This document shows positions 20,802 to 31,369 of a stretch of DNA of 64,000 nucleotides, piece by piece. Every line of letters begins with the position of its first letter. Positions within the stretch are counted from its first letter, which is position 1. The DNA lies in the NCBI GenBank assembly GCA_965242925.1, contig CBDEUM010000038.1:192001-256000 (forward strand), written 5' to 3'. A program made the position numbers and the translations under genes. The notes below the pieces were generated by a model. The model worked only from the letters and a program-made list of their open reading frames with translations. It was not told the origin of the DNA and did not search any database. Source of the stretch: Roseibacillus sp. (GTDB lineage Bacteria > Verrucomicrobiota > Verrucomicrobiia > Verrucomicrobiales > Akkermansiaceae).

Positions 20802-22593
20802 TTGAGATCTGGCCACCATCCCCGGATTGTGCTGTGCGCAGTGGGCATGTCCCTCTGCGGGTTGTCAGCCGGTCCCCTGCGTGAGGCGGATCTCTGGAGT
20901 GTGCAACCGTTGTCGTCCGAGGTGGAGGTCCCCGCGGTGGCAGACGACGATTGGGTGAATAATCCCATCGATCGTTTCATTCTGGCCAAGTTGGTGGAGA
21001 ACCAACTCAACCCCGTCAGGGAGGAGGCGGACCGCTACACCCTCATCCGGCGCCTCAGTTTCGGGTTGACCGGGTTGCCGCCCTCCTTAGCGGCCATTGA
21101 GCAGTTCGTGAACGACGGGGCGGAGGATGCCTACGGAAAGCTGGTGGGGAGACTTCTTGGGAGTCCGCATTACGGAGAGCGATGGGGACGTCACTGGCTG
21201 GACGTGGTCCGGTTTGGTGAAAGTGACGGGGTTCTCACCGTGAATGAAGACAAGGTGAGGGGCAATGCGTGGAAGTTTCGCGATGCTGTGATCCGTGCCT
21301 TCAATGAGGATCTGCCCTTTGACAAGTTCGTGCGCTATCAGGTGGGCGGGCCGATGGAGGACGAGTCGAAGCGTGATCGTTATGTGGAGCTCAGGCAGTT
21401 CATGCATCTGGGGACGAGGTTGCAGAACAACTCGGATCCCAATGACAAGCAGTTTCACCGTCTGGACGACATGGTGTCTACAACGGGAACCGCTTTCCTG
21501 GGGCTGACCTTCGGATGTGCGCGGTGCCACGATCATCCGGTCGATCCGATGAGCACGGAGGAGTATTACCGGGTTGCCGCATTCTATTTCGATCAGGTCA
21601 GGGAAGCGCCCAAGGCCTCTGCCAGAAAGATTGAACTCCGGGTCAAGGAGCCGCGGGTTCTCCTGAAGGGGAGTTGGAGGTCGCCGGGCAAGTCGGTTGA
21701 GCCCGGATTTCTCCAGGTTCTCATGAAGAAGGATGATCATTACTGGCGTGCAGGGTCCGGGAGCAAACTGGAGGCTCTCGGGCAATGGCTCACCGATCAC
21801 GAGGATGGAGCGGGACAGTTGCTGGCCCGTGTCATCGTGAACCGACTCTGGCACCATCACTTCGGTCAGGGCCTGGTGAGCAGTCCCAACGATTTCGGCA
21901 ATCTAGGCTCTCCGCCCAGTCACCCCGGGTTGCTTGATTATCTTGCCCGCTCCCTCATCGAGGGGGGCTGGCAGTTGAAGAATATCCAGCGGATGATCGT
22001 GACCAGCGCGACCTACCGGCAGTCGTCGTCTGCAGAGACCGCCTTCCTGGAGAAGGACGCCGAGAATACCCTGCTCTGGCACCGCCGTCCGCACCGACTT
22101 GAAGCAGAGGCCATTCGTGACCAGCTTCTCATGGTGGCCGGGGTGCTGCGCGGGGAGATGTTTGGACCGAGCATCTCCATTGGAAATTACAAGACCGAGG
22201 TGCGCGATGAACCAAAGAGTTGGCGGCGGTCCATCTATCTGCAGGCGCATCGATCCGCAAAACATCCGACCTTGAGCCTCTTTGATCCGCCGGATATGAA
22301 GCGGAGCGTGGGTTCGCGCAGCACCGGGGCGGATCCGGTGGGTGCGCTTTTCGCCCTGAATGCCCCGCTTGGGTGGGATCTTGCGAAGCGGCTGTCCAAG
22401 CCGTATTAAAGGGGAGGTCGGCAGTGACCGGGACGAGCAGATTGAGTTGGCTTATCTCCTTCTTCTCTCGCGATTACCGGACGAGGAAGAGCGAAAGCTG
22501 GGGAAGGAGATCCTGGCAGGAAGAAAGGAACGCTCCTTGGTGGATTACTGTCATCTTCTCCTTGGGTTGAATGAATTCATCTACATCAATTAA
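20802..22593 (+). CDS. DUF1549/DUF1553 protein without an N-terminal cytochrome domain; +1 frameshift near 22401 (error or pseudogene)
   Basis: NPIDRFILAKL, YGERWGRHWLDVVRFGES, CARCHDH, SHPGLLDYLA, RRSIYL. Removing one C at 22401-22402 fuses to RIKGEVG...LAYLLLLSRLPD...LLGLNEFIYIN, the typical DUF1553 ending. Confidence 0.85.
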
Positions 22594-23989
22594 AGACCGG
22601 GTGCTGGGCCGCCGTGATTTTCTCGGACGCCTGAGTCTCGGGGGCATGGCGATGGCCTCGCATGGGCGGGGTGCCGTTCCGGTCCGGTCCTCGCACTACC
22701 GTCCCCGTGCGCGCAATGTCATTCTCCTTTTCATGTGTGGCGGGGCAAGTCACCTGGAGACCTTCGACTATAAACCCCAACTGAAAAAGTGGGCAGGGAA
22801 GCGTGCTGCTGACATTTTCAGCGAGGAGGAACTGCGGGGATTTAATCCCGAAAAGACGTTGGAGGGGTGCAGGATTCTGCCTTCGGTCTTCGACTTCAAG
22901 CAGCATGGCCAGTCCGGCGCCTGGGTCAGTGAGATCTATCCCAGGCTTGCCGAGGTGGTGGATGAGATTGCCTTTCTCAAGGCTGTGCACACCGATTCGG
23001 CGATCCACTCGGTCGGAGAAACGATCTGGCACACCGGCCATGCGCGTTCCGGGTTCCCGAGCATGGGTTCCTGGGTGACTTATGGCCTCGGAAGCGAGGG
23101 ACTGGACCTTCCTCCATACATTGTGATGAAGGATGGGATCTCCACTGCAGGTGACGGGGTGTTCCAGCAGGGCATGCTGCCCGGGAGGCACCAGGCGGCA
23201 GTGGCAAGAGTCGAAAAGGGAAGACCTCCCTTTCCGCACCTTGATCGGCAACCGGGCATGAGTCCGGAACGGCAGCGGGACCAACTGAATCTGTTGAATC
23301 AGCTCAATCGCCGACACCGCGACCGCTACCCCACCCAACCGGAATTGACCGGACGCATCGAAGCGCTGGAGATGGCCTGCAACCTGCAGCAGTCGGCTCA
23401 GGCGGCCTTCGATCTTTCCAGGGAGTCCGCCAGGATGCACGCGCTCTACGGGGACAGTCAGTTTTCGCGGCATTGCCTGACTGCGCGACGCCTGGTGGAA
23501 TCCGGGGTGCGATTCGTGGAGATCCTTGATGGGGCTACGGGACGGAAATGGGACGCGCATGGAAACCGGGGAGGACTCATTGACAACCATCGTAACAATG
23601 CCGGCCGAACCGACCAGGGAATCGCGGCCCTCATTCTCGATCTCAAGGCGCGGGGGATGCTGGAGGAAACGTTGGTTGTGTGGGCCACGGAATTTGGACG
23701 GACCCCGTTCGAGGAAGCCAACCGGGAAGTCAAGATCGGTCGGGGGCATCACCATAAGGGGTTCACCCTCTGGATGGCTGGCGGAGGGGTAAAAGGGGGG
23801 CTCAGCTTTGGCGAGACCGATGAATTCGGAATGCACGCCATGGAGAATGCCGTCCACGTTCACGACGTGCACGCCACCATCCTGCACCTCCTGGGACTGG
23901 ATCACAAGAGGGTCACGTTACGCCACAACAGCCGGGACGTGCGCCTGACAGATGTTTTCGGGAAAGTGATCCACGAAGTCCTGGCTTGA
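22571..23989 (+). CDS. DUF1501 domain protein
   Basis: GRRDFLG Tat motif, GGASHLETFDYKP, GVRFVE, WDAH, WATEFGRTP, VHVHDVHATILH. Confidence 0.92.
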   Translation: MNSSTSIKDRVLGRRDFLGRLSLGGMAMASHGRGAVPVRSSHYRPRARNVILLFMCGGASHLETFDYKPQLKKWAGKRAADIFSEEELRGFNPEKTLEGCRILPSVFDFKQHGQSGAWVSEIYPRLAEVVDEIAFLKAVHTDSAIHSVGETIWHTGHARSGFPSMGSWVTYGLGSEGLDLPPYIVMKDGISTAGDGVFQQGMLPGRHQAAVARVEKGRPPFPHLDRQPGMSPERQRDQLNLLNQLNRRHRDRYPTQPELTGRIEALEMACNLQQSAQAAFDLSRESARMHALYGDSQFSRHCLTARRLVESGVRFVEILDGATGRKWDAHGNRGGLIDNHRNNAGRTDQGIAALILDLKARGMLEETLVVWATEFGRTPFEEANREVKIGRGHHHKGFTLWMAGGGVKGGLSFGETDEFGMHAMENAVHVHDVHATILHLLGLDHKRVTLRHNSRDVRLTDVFGKVIHEVLA

Positions 23990-24012
23990 GCTCGGGGGAC
24001 CCGGTTTCGGAG

Positions 24013-26058
24013 TCATTTCAACCACCCGGGGAGCCCCTTTGCGTCCACATTCCAGGCCTGGCGAGATGCCAGATTCAGGAGGGCGTCGATGTCGCCATAC
24101 TTGGCGGCACCGGGCATGAGGTCGGGGTGGCGGATGTCGTTCACCTTGATGAACTTGAATCCGGCGGATTCGATGGCCACCCGGTCGAGGGCTTCACCGG
24201 CCGCGAAGTTGGCGGCTGCAGCCCAGTGGCCGGCTCCCTTCAGGCCAACGAGATCGATTTTCTCTGCTCCGTGGTCATCAGTCCGGATCATTCGTATTGC
24301 GCTGAGGATGTCGTGGACTCTTTGCGCGAAGAGGGGACGATTGTAGCCGAGGGTATAGCAGGCCGCCTCGCGGGGGTTCCTGACCCGGCGGGTCTGGGTC
24401 AGGGGTCCACCATCCTTGAGAAACTCACCCTGCAGGAAGAGGTCAATTCCGCACACTGAGACCCCGTTCCGGAGGAGAGCCCGGACCTCTGACCGAGGAT
24501 TCCCCTGCTCATCGTAGAGGCCAGCCTTGCCGTGGGGGCTGAGGAAGATCGCGGCATGGTTTTTCCAGTTCCTTGGGTAGAGCCAGATCACGGGAACCTG
24601 TTCCCCGTGAGTCGTGTTGTTGTGGAATCCCGGCATCTCCAGGTAGGAGCCGCGATCCTTCTTGCTCATCAGTTGCCATTTCACATCACCAGAGTGGCCA
24701 GGTCTGGAAGCCAGGATCGAATTCCATCCCTGGCGGGCAATTTCAGGGCTGGCCGCGATCCTGGCACCGGATTCGGCGGCCAGCTTGGCGAGAATCCTGC
24801 GTTCGAAGTCAGCCCCGCCTGCAGGTTTGGGATGATTCTTGTCGAAGACGGTGAGCTCTTTTTCCGTCAGGCGCCTGTGAGGACGCTCCTTTTCCGGGGC
24901 CCTGGCCTCCAGGTTGAGGTGCTTGTTGAACCACTTGTACATGGCCTGGCGCGAGGGCAGGTTGTAGTTGTGGTCGAACTCAGTCCGGTCATGCAGCGTG
25001 ACATGGTCCGGAACCCCCAGGAGCTCGTAGGTTTTCCTGAGTTCGGGAAACCCCTTCCTGGACATCTCCTTGGTCCAGTCGTTGGCGGCGGTGAGAGCGA
25101 GTGGCTTGGGTGCGAAGAGCGCAGCAAAGGCGATGTTCCCCTCACTGATGCGCATGAGGGTGGAGTTCTCACAGGTGCATCCGCCCTGCATGGCAGTGCT
25201 GACCATCACGGCAGGCATGGACACCGCCACTCTGGGATCAAGTGCCGAGACGGCAAAACTCTGGGTGCCGCCGCCGCTTGCACCGGTCACTGCGATTCGG
25301 CGGTCGTCAACCTCGGGAAGGCTTTGCAGGAAGTCGATCGCGCGCATGGAGTTCCATGTCTGCAACATCATGATGCTCTGCAGGTGTGACTCCGCCTGCG
25401 GGCTGTAGAGCCCCCAGTTCTTCTCGGAGATCATTTCCGGCCGTTGCTTGGCGAAGCGATGGCCGATCTGGTAGGAGATCTGGTCGTTGTCGCAGTAACC
25501 GATCATGTCGTACTGAAGCACCGTGCACCCGAGGCGGGCGAGACCGACGCAACGCGACTGGATGTGGTTGCGGGCGCTTTCCACGTCGGTTTCCGCTCCC
25601 TGCTGGACCAGCTTTCTGGCGGCGTCTTCACCACAATCGAAGAATCGCGCCTCGTTCCAGTGACCGTGCGGGCAGATCACTCCTGGAATCTTCCCTTTCA
25701 CGGTCTTGGGTCGATAGAGGGAACCGGTGAGGAGGTAGCCCGGGCGGGTTTCGAAGTAGACCTTTTCGACCGTGAAATCCCCACCGTCGATCCGGCCGTG
25801 AATGACAGCGTTGAGCGGGTTGCGATCCGGTTCCGGGAAGAGACCGATCGCGACCTTGAGGTCATGACGGATCTTCTTGGCCCGTTTGGTCCACTGGTCC
25901 TTGGATCCGGGAGGCGTGAAGGGGAAATAGCCGTTGAGATCCCTGAGGGGAGCGAGGCGCTTATCGTTCGGGAGGGTGCCCTCCGGGAGGACCCGAGGCA
26001 CGGAAGCAGCGGCAAGGGAGGAACAGAGACTGGCGAGGACGAGGACGAGCGATTTCAT
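24013..26058 (-). CDS. Exported acetylxylan-esterase-like alpha/beta hydrolase (two-domain)
   Basis: MKSLVLVLASL signal; VEKVYFE...GVICPHGHW, RAIDFLQSLPEVDDRRIAVTGASGGGTQ, HNYN. Confidence 0.8.
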   Translation of the reverse strand: MKSLVLVLASLCSSLAAASVPRVLPEGTLPNDKRLAPLRDLNGYFPFTPPGSKDQWTKRAKKIRHDLKVAIGLFPEPDRNPLNAVIHGRIDGGDFTVEKVYFETRPGYLLTGSLYRPKTVKGKIPGVICPHGHWNEARFFDCGEDAARKLVQQGAETDVESARNHIQSRCVGLARLGCTVLQYDMIGYCDNDQISYQIGHRFAKQRPEMISEKNWGLYSPQAESHLQSIMMLQTWNSMRAIDFLQSLPEVDDRRIAVTGASGGGTQSFAVSALDPRVAVSMPAVMVSTAMQGGCTCENSTLMRISEGNIAFAALFAPKPLALTAANDWTKEMSRKGFPELRKTYELLGVPDHVTLHDRTEFDHNYNLPSRQAMYKWFNKHLNLEARAPEKERPHRRLTEKELTVFDKNHPKPAGGADFERRILAKLAAESGARIAASPEIARQGWNSILASRPGHSGDVKWQLMSKKDRGSYLEMPGFHNNTTHGEQVPVIWLYPRNWKNHAAIFLSPHGKAGLYDEQGNPRSEVRALLRNGVSVCGIDLFLQGEFLKDGGPLTQTRRVRNPREAACYTLGYNRPLFAQRVHDILSAIRMIRTDDHGAEKIDLVGLKGAGHWAAAANFAAGEALDRVAIESAGFKFIKVNDIRHPDLMPGAAKYGDIDALLNLASRQAWNVDAKGLPGWLK

Positions 26059-26205
26059 GAGGGGAAGTGGGATTTCACCCGGAAAGAGCCTGCGGCGCAA
26101 TGGGCAATTATGGCTTCCCGTCCTGATCAGGGAGGAAGGAGGGAGCTCCGGTAACTCTTTCATTCACCTTGTCAAGCGGGTCCGCTTCGGGAAGCATCTG
26201 CGATC

Positions 26206-27066
26206 ATGAAACGTTTCGCCTCCCAGATTTTCATCGTTATTTCGCTCATCGCCGCCCTCACAGGTCCGGCCATCGCGGACAAGAAGAAGGTGGTTTTCCT
26301 GGCCGACGGTGGAAAGAACAGCAAAACCCATAATCATGTCCAGGGAAATGCCGTGCTTGCCGCAGCCCTGGAGAAAAGCGGGCTGGGATTCGAGACTGCC
26401 CAGTACAAGGGGTGGCCCAAGGAAGCCGATGCCTTTGCGGGAGTCGACTGTATCGTGATCTTCTGCAATGGGGGCGGGGGACATCTCATCATGAAGAACC
26501 TTGAGCAGTTTGAGAAGCTCATCGACAGCGGGGCGGGTTTGGTGTGCCTGCACTACGGGGTGGAGGTGCCCAAGGGGAAGGCTGGGGATCTCTTGCTCAA
26601 GGGAATGGGGGGCTACTTCGAGACTCACTGGTCGGTCAACCCGCATTGGACTGCCACTATTGAGCAGTTGCCGAAGCATCCCATCACCCGCGGGTGCACG
26701 CCCTTTGTGCAGAACGATGAGTGGTATTACCACATGCGCTTTGCCCCGGAGATGAAGGGAGTCACGCCTATTCTCTCCGCCCATCCGCCAAAGGAGACCA
26801 TGAAGCGTCCCGATGGCCCGCATTCAAACAATCCGCATGTCCGCAAATCGATGGCGGCCGGAGAGATCCAGCACATCGGGTGGGCCTACGAACGTCCGGG
26901 GGGCAAGGGCCGGGGCTTTGGAACGACGGGGGCACACTACCATGCCACCTGGGACAGCGATAACTGGCGCACCCTTGTTCTCAATGCCATCGCCTGGACA
27001 TCGGGTGTGCCAGTTCCGGAGAAAGGGGTGCCATCTGCGAAGAATCCGGTGAGCGGAGCGAAATAG
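26206..27066 (+). CDS. ThuA-like (class I glutamine amidotransferase-like) domain protein
   Basis: KKVVFLA, GLVCLHYGVEV, HPITRG...DEWYYHMRF, GRGFGTTGAHYH...LNAIAW. Confidence 0.85.
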   Translation: MKRFASQIFIVISLIAALTGPAIADKKKVVFLADGGKNSKTHNHVQGNAVLAAALEKSGLGFETAQYKGWPKEADAFAGVDCIVIFCNGGGGHLIMKNLEQFEKLIDSGAGLVCLHYGVEVPKGKAGDLLLKGMGGYFETHWSVNPHWTATIEQLPKHPITRGCTPFVQNDEWYYHMRFAPEMKGVTPILSAHPPKETMKRPDGPHSNNPHVRKSMAAGEIQHIGWAYERPGGKGRGFGTTGAHYHATWDSDNWRTLVLNAIAWTSGVPVPEKGVPSAKNPVSGAK

Positions 27067-27193
27067 ACTGGCGGTCCTCTTCTGCTCCGGTGGAGCTTTG
27101 CCTCGGAAAACGCAGCCTTGATAGCGTCGAACAACATGAAGAGGGGACCTTTTCGCCTGACGCAGGCCTCCCTCTTCAGCCCCGGGATGGGAC

Positions 27194-27222
27194 TTGCCTG
27201 CAGTCCCGCCAAGCCCTAGAGG
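27194..27222 (+). promoter_or_regulatory. Putative leaderless-type promoter
   Basis: TTGCCT-17nt-TAGAGG-6nt-ATG(27229). Confidence 0.35.
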
Positions 27223-27228
27223 ATCAGT

Positions 27229-28022
27229 ATGAGTTCGCCCAAGAGAGTCATTGTCCTGTTGTTGCCGCTCCTCACCCTCGGGCTACTTGTCCTGGTTGGA
27301 GGCGTGGGCACCGCCCAGAAAGAAAAAGGCCAAAGCAAGGGAAAGGCGATCAAGGCCCTGCTGGTCACTGGAGGGGGCTATCACGATTACAAGACCCAGA
27401 AGAAGATTCTCACGGAAGGGCATCAGCAAGCGGGCTGATGTGGAGTGGGACGTCTTCATGGGTGACGCCAAGCAGACCAAGGAGAAACTCAGCCAGAAGG
27501 ACTGGGCCAAGGACTATGATGTGATCGTCTACAATCTCTGCCATGCCCACGAAACCGACGGGAAGTTTGTGGAAGGACTGGGCAAGGTCCACCACGAGGG
27601 CAAAGCCGCGGTCGTGATCCACTGCGCGATGCACTCCTATCACTGGAAGATTCCAGGTGAAACCAAGCACTGGCCAGCCATGCTGGGAGTGACTTCGCCG
27701 CGGCACGGTCGTCACGCCCCCATCGAGGTGACCAACCTGGCGGCAGACCATCCCGTCATGAAGGGATTTCCTTCGGGAAAATGGAAGACGCCGAAAGGGT
27801 GAACTCTACCACATCAAGAAAGTCTGGCCTACCGCCAAGGTTCTGGCCAAGGGAAGCATCGATGGGGGGAAGGCCTTCCACGATTGCGTGTGGGTGAACG
27901 AGTACGGCAAGGGCAAGGTCTTCGGCACCACCCTGGGCCACCACAACGAAACGATGCAGGAAGAGGTCTATCTCAACCTCGTTGCACGTGGGTTGCTCTG
28001 GACTGTGGGCCAGTTGAAGTAA
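27229..28022 (+). pseudogene. ThuA-like domain protein split by two +1 frameshifts (sequencing error or true pseudogene)
   Basis: Frame 1: ...KALLVTGGGYHDYKTQKKILTEG; extra G at ~27418-27420; frame 2: ISKRADVEW...IHCAMHSY...HPVMKGFP..WKTPK; extra base at ~27794-27799; frame 3: GELYHI...WVNEYGKGKVFGTTLGHHNETM...RGLLWTVGQLK*. Confidence 0.8.
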
Positions 28023-28127
28023 AACCCGGCATGCCGCGGAAGCCGAAAAATCGGAGGCAAATCCTTCTCCCGGGGCTGGGCGGATGGTTCGGGCAGGGAA
28101 GGCTGTTTTCGCCAAGGTAGATTCATC

Positions 28128-31100
28128 ATGAAACGACTCAAATCGATCCTCACAGGGCTTTCGCTTGCGACGGGCGTTCTGCTTGCTCATTCGCTTGGGG
28201 CCCAGACTCCTCCTGAGCTGGAATCAGTCCGGTTTTCGGGCCCGGAACTCACTCCGTGTCCTGCCTGCCTGTGCGCGGCCCCCACCGGAGAGGTCTTTGT
28301 GGGCGTGGACATGCTCGGTTCACTGGGGAAGGGGCCCGGGAAGGGTAAGATCGTGCGCCTGGTTGATGCCGATGGAGACGGAAAACCGGAGAAGAGCACG
28401 GTTTTCGCCAAGATAGACAATCCTCGTGGCCTGATCTCGATCGGCAGGAAGCTCTACATCCTGCATACGGTCATTCCCGCCAGTAGCGGAAAATTGGAAG
28501 CAATGCATCTCTCGGTCCTGGAAGACAAGGACTGGGATGGAGTGGCCGACGGGGAGGGGAAGATCCTGGTTTCCAACGTGAGTCCACCCAAGCACAATCA
28601 GGCCCGCGGGGCTGATCACACCACCAATGGTATTCGACTGGGGATCGACGGGTGGATCTATATTGCGGTGGGCGACTTTGGAATCGTCGGTGCCAGGGGA
28701 ACGGATGGCAGGGAATTGACCATGCTGGGCGGTGGTGTAGTGCGCGTGCGTCCGGATGGAAGCGAGATGGAGCTCTACACCCACGGTCTGCGCAATATCT
28801 ACGACGTCGCGATCGATCCTCTCATGAACATGTTTACCCGGGGGAATACCAACGACGGGGGAGGGTGGAACATTCGCTTCATTCATCACATTCAATCCGG
28901 GCAGTATGGCTACCCGATGCTTTTCAAGCACTTCACGGACGAGATCATTCCTGCGTTGCAGGATCTGGGAGGGGGGTCGGGAACGGGAGCGCTCTTCCTC
29001 CAGGAGCCAACCTGGCCGGAGAAGTTCAACAATGTGCCCATGATGTGTGACTGGGGACGGAGCCAGCTCATCATTCATCGCCTGACGCCCGATGGAGCGA
29101 GTTTCACCCAGAAGCCGGAAAACTTCATTCGCCTTGCGCAGATTGCGGATGTGGACGTGGATGGCTCCGGCAGATTGTATGGGGCGGCCTGGGATGGAGC
29201 GGGTTACTCGGGCAATCCCAAGAAGGGCTACGTGCAGCGCTACGTTCCCAAAGGGTGGAAGTTCCGGCGATTTCCTGATCCTGCAAAACTCAAGGACAAG
29301 GCTCTGGTAGAACTTCTTCGTTCGGCCAGTGCGACGGCGCGGACGGCAGCATCCCAGGAGTTGCTTAACCGGCCTGCAGTCGCGAAGAATGTAGCCGCGG
29401 TGGCAGTCGACAGGACGGCTTCCCTGGAGTCGCGGGTCGCAGCCATCTTCACTTACAAGCAGATGGAGGGAGCCAGGGCCAATGCTGGATTGATCAGATT
29501 GGCTGCCGATCCTGCCGTAAGGGAGTGGGCCCTGCGTGCCCTCACCGACCGCAGGACGCAGTTGGCCGGGGTGTCCAAGGACCTCTTCGTCTCCGCATTG
29601 AAGGACAAGAATCCCCGCGTGCAGTTGGCGGGCGCGGTGAGCCTGGGCCGATTAGGCGACGTGTCGGCAGCGAAGGATCTTCTGGCGGCGACTATGGTGA
29701 GCAATAGCGAGGAGTCGGCCCTTGAAGGCCCCAAGCCACCGGTTTTCCAGAGCAAGGTCATCGGTAAGAAGGAGACGGTCACCATCGATGTGGATGTTTC
29801 CAAATTCAAGGAGCTCTACCTCATGGTTGCTGACGGGGGCAACGGGACCAGCACGGATCACGCTGCCTGGTTCGAGCCCGTGTTTGTTGACGCTGCCGGC
29901 AAAAAAATGAAACTCCAGTCCCTCAAATGGAAGTCAGCCAAGAGTGGATGGGGCCGGATCGGATTTGGAGTGAGCGCAACCGGTATTGCCCTCAAGACCC
30001 ATGACGGGAAGAGGGCTCCAACCGGACTGGGAACCCATGCGGAATCTCTGATCATCTATGATGTTCCGAAGGGAGCGATCCGCTTCCAGGCGACCGGTGG
30101 GCTGGCCTCGACTTCCCAGCGCGGCACGGTTCAGTTCATTGTCAGTGACTCCAGGCCTGCAAGCAGTGCCGGTGGCCCGGGCAAGGAAGGAGATCATGCA
30201 ACACCCAATCCTGAGATCCTGTTGTCCCATCTGGCGGTGAAAGCCCTGGTAGATCTCAAGGCGACGGATGCCTGTCTGTCTGCTGTCAACACCGATAACG
30301 GGAAGGGGGCTCTTTGGGCTCTGCGCCTCATGCATGATCCCAAGGGAGTGCAGGGGTTGATGGACCTGTATAGTTCGGTGCCCACAAACGGAGCGAGGCT
30401 TGGGATCCTGACAGCTCTCCTGCGTCTCTACCACAAGGAGCTTCCCTACGATGGTTCGTGGTGGTGGGGAACGCGTCCCGATACTCATGGCCCCTACTAC
30501 AAGTACGGAACCTGGGAAGAGTCTGAGAAGATCAGGCAGTTTGTGCATGAGGCCTTCCGGAGTGGTGATCTCGCCCTGCGGAGCGCGATTGTGCGTGCGG
30601 TTTCAAGACACCGGGTTGGTTTCAAGGGAATCAATGACACGGTGGCGGCCAAGACCCCTATCAAGCCGGCTGATCCCACGGTCGATCTGGCCAGCATCGC
30701 GGCCAGGAAAGGGCAGATCGGCAAGATGTCGATCGAGGATGTGCTGCTCATCCTGAAGAGGGCCAAGGGTGAGGTGGCAAAGGGCAAGGAGGTTTTCACC
30801 CGCCAGGGATGCATCGTTTGCCACACTACTGAGAAAGGCCAGCCGCTGAAGGGACCCTTCATGGGACAGGTCGGGGCGGTTCTTTCACCGGAGCAGATTG
30901 CGGAGTCGATCCTCAAGCCAAATGCTTCCATTTCGCAGGGTTTTGCTACGGTGCAGGTCACCACCAGGGACCAGAAGGTCTACGTGGGTTTCGTGACGGC
31001 ACAAAGTGCGGAGGCCATCGAGATTCGGGATATCACCGGCAAGGTGTCTCGGGTCAAGGTGGACAATATCAAGGAGCGCAAGGAGCTCGACATATCGATG

Positions 31101-31181
31101 ATGCCGGGCGGTCTGTCCGATGCGCTGAGCATTGAGGAGTTTGCCTCGCTGGTGGCCTTCCTGGCCTCCCAGAAGGGGTGA
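28128..31181 (+). CDS. PVC-type heme-binding membrane-associated dehydrogenase-like protein (beta-propeller + HEAT repeats + NPCBM + cytochrome c)
   Basis: DHTTNGIRLGIDGWIYIAVGD, GLRNIYD, HEAT-like repeats, NPCBM-like segment, GKEVF..CIVCH...AESILKPNASISQGF...SMMPGGL. Confidence 0.88.
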   Translation: MKRLKSILTGLSLATGVLLAHSLGAQTPPELESVRFSGPELTPCPACLCAAPTGEVFVGVDMLGSLGKGPGKGKIVRLVDADGDGKPEKSTVFAKIDNPRGLISIGRKLYILHTVIPASSGKLEAMHLSVLEDKDWDGVADGEGKILVSNVSPPKHNQARGADHTTNGIRLGIDGWIYIAVGDFGIVGARGTDGRELTMLGGGVVRVRPDGSEMELYTHGLRNIYDVAIDPLMNMFTRGNTNDGGGWNIRFIHHIQSGQYGYPMLFKHFTDEIIPALQDLGGGSGTGALFLQEPTWPEKFNNVPMMCDWGRSQLIIHRLTPDGASFTQKPENFIRLAQIADVDVDGSGRLYGAAWDGAGYSGNPKKGYVQRYVPKGWKFRRFPDPAKLKDKALVELLRSASATARTAASQELLNRPAVAKNVAAVAVDRTASLESRVAAIFTYKQMEGARANAGLIRLAADPAVREWALRALTDRRTQLAGVSKDLFVSALKDKNPRVQLAGAVSLGRLGDVSAAKDLLAATMVSNSEESALEGPKPPVFQSKVIGKKETVTIDVDVSKFKELYLMVADGGNGTSTDHAAWFEPVFVDAAGKKMKLQSLKWKSAKSGWGRIGFGVSATGIALKTHDGKRAPTGLGTHAESLIIYDVPKGAIRFQATGGLASTSQRGTVQFIVSDSRPASSAGGPGKEGDHATPNPEILLSHLAVKALVDLKATDACLSAVNTDNGKGALWALRLMHDPKGVQGLMDLYSSVPTNGARLGILTALLRLYHKELPYDGSWWWGTRPDTHGPYYKYGTWEESEKIRQFVHEAFRSGDLALRSAIVRAVSRHRVGFKGINDTVAAKTPIKPADPTVDLASIAARKGQIGKMSIEDVLLILKRAKGEVAKGKEVFTRQGCIVCHTTEKGQPLKGPFMGQVGAVLSPEQIAESILKPNASISQGFATVQVTTRDQKVYVGFVTAQSAEAIEIRDITGKVSRVKVDNIKERKELDISMMPGGLSDALSIEEFASLVAFLASQKG

Positions 31182-31328
31182 AGGGTGTGGGCACAGGACA
31201 TTTTCGGGCGTCATTCCGGGAGCCTGAACCTACCCTGTTGGCATTCGAAGGTTCTCTGCAGGGTCCCTTTCACGTGAGGGAGGGCCCTCCCCGGGAATTG
31301 TGTGTGATATCTGAAAAGTAGCTCACGG

Positions 31329-31358
31329 TTGACAGGCTGGTGGGAGGGACGCCAGATT
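31329..31358 (+). promoter_or_regulatory. Putative sigma70 promoter of pfp
   Basis: TTGACA-18nt-CAGATT-11nt-ATG(31370). Confidence 0.5.
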
Positions 31359-31369
31359 GCGCCTTTCTC

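Noticed and set aside
22395..22410. Programmed ribosomal frameshifting at the frameshift sites
   Set aside because: No canonical slippery heptamer is evident, and three similar single-base insertions close together fit sequencing error better.
27790..27810. Selenocysteine or stop-codon readthrough at the TGA in the ThuA gene
   Set aside because: The homologous continuation is in a different frame, so readthrough would not restore it.
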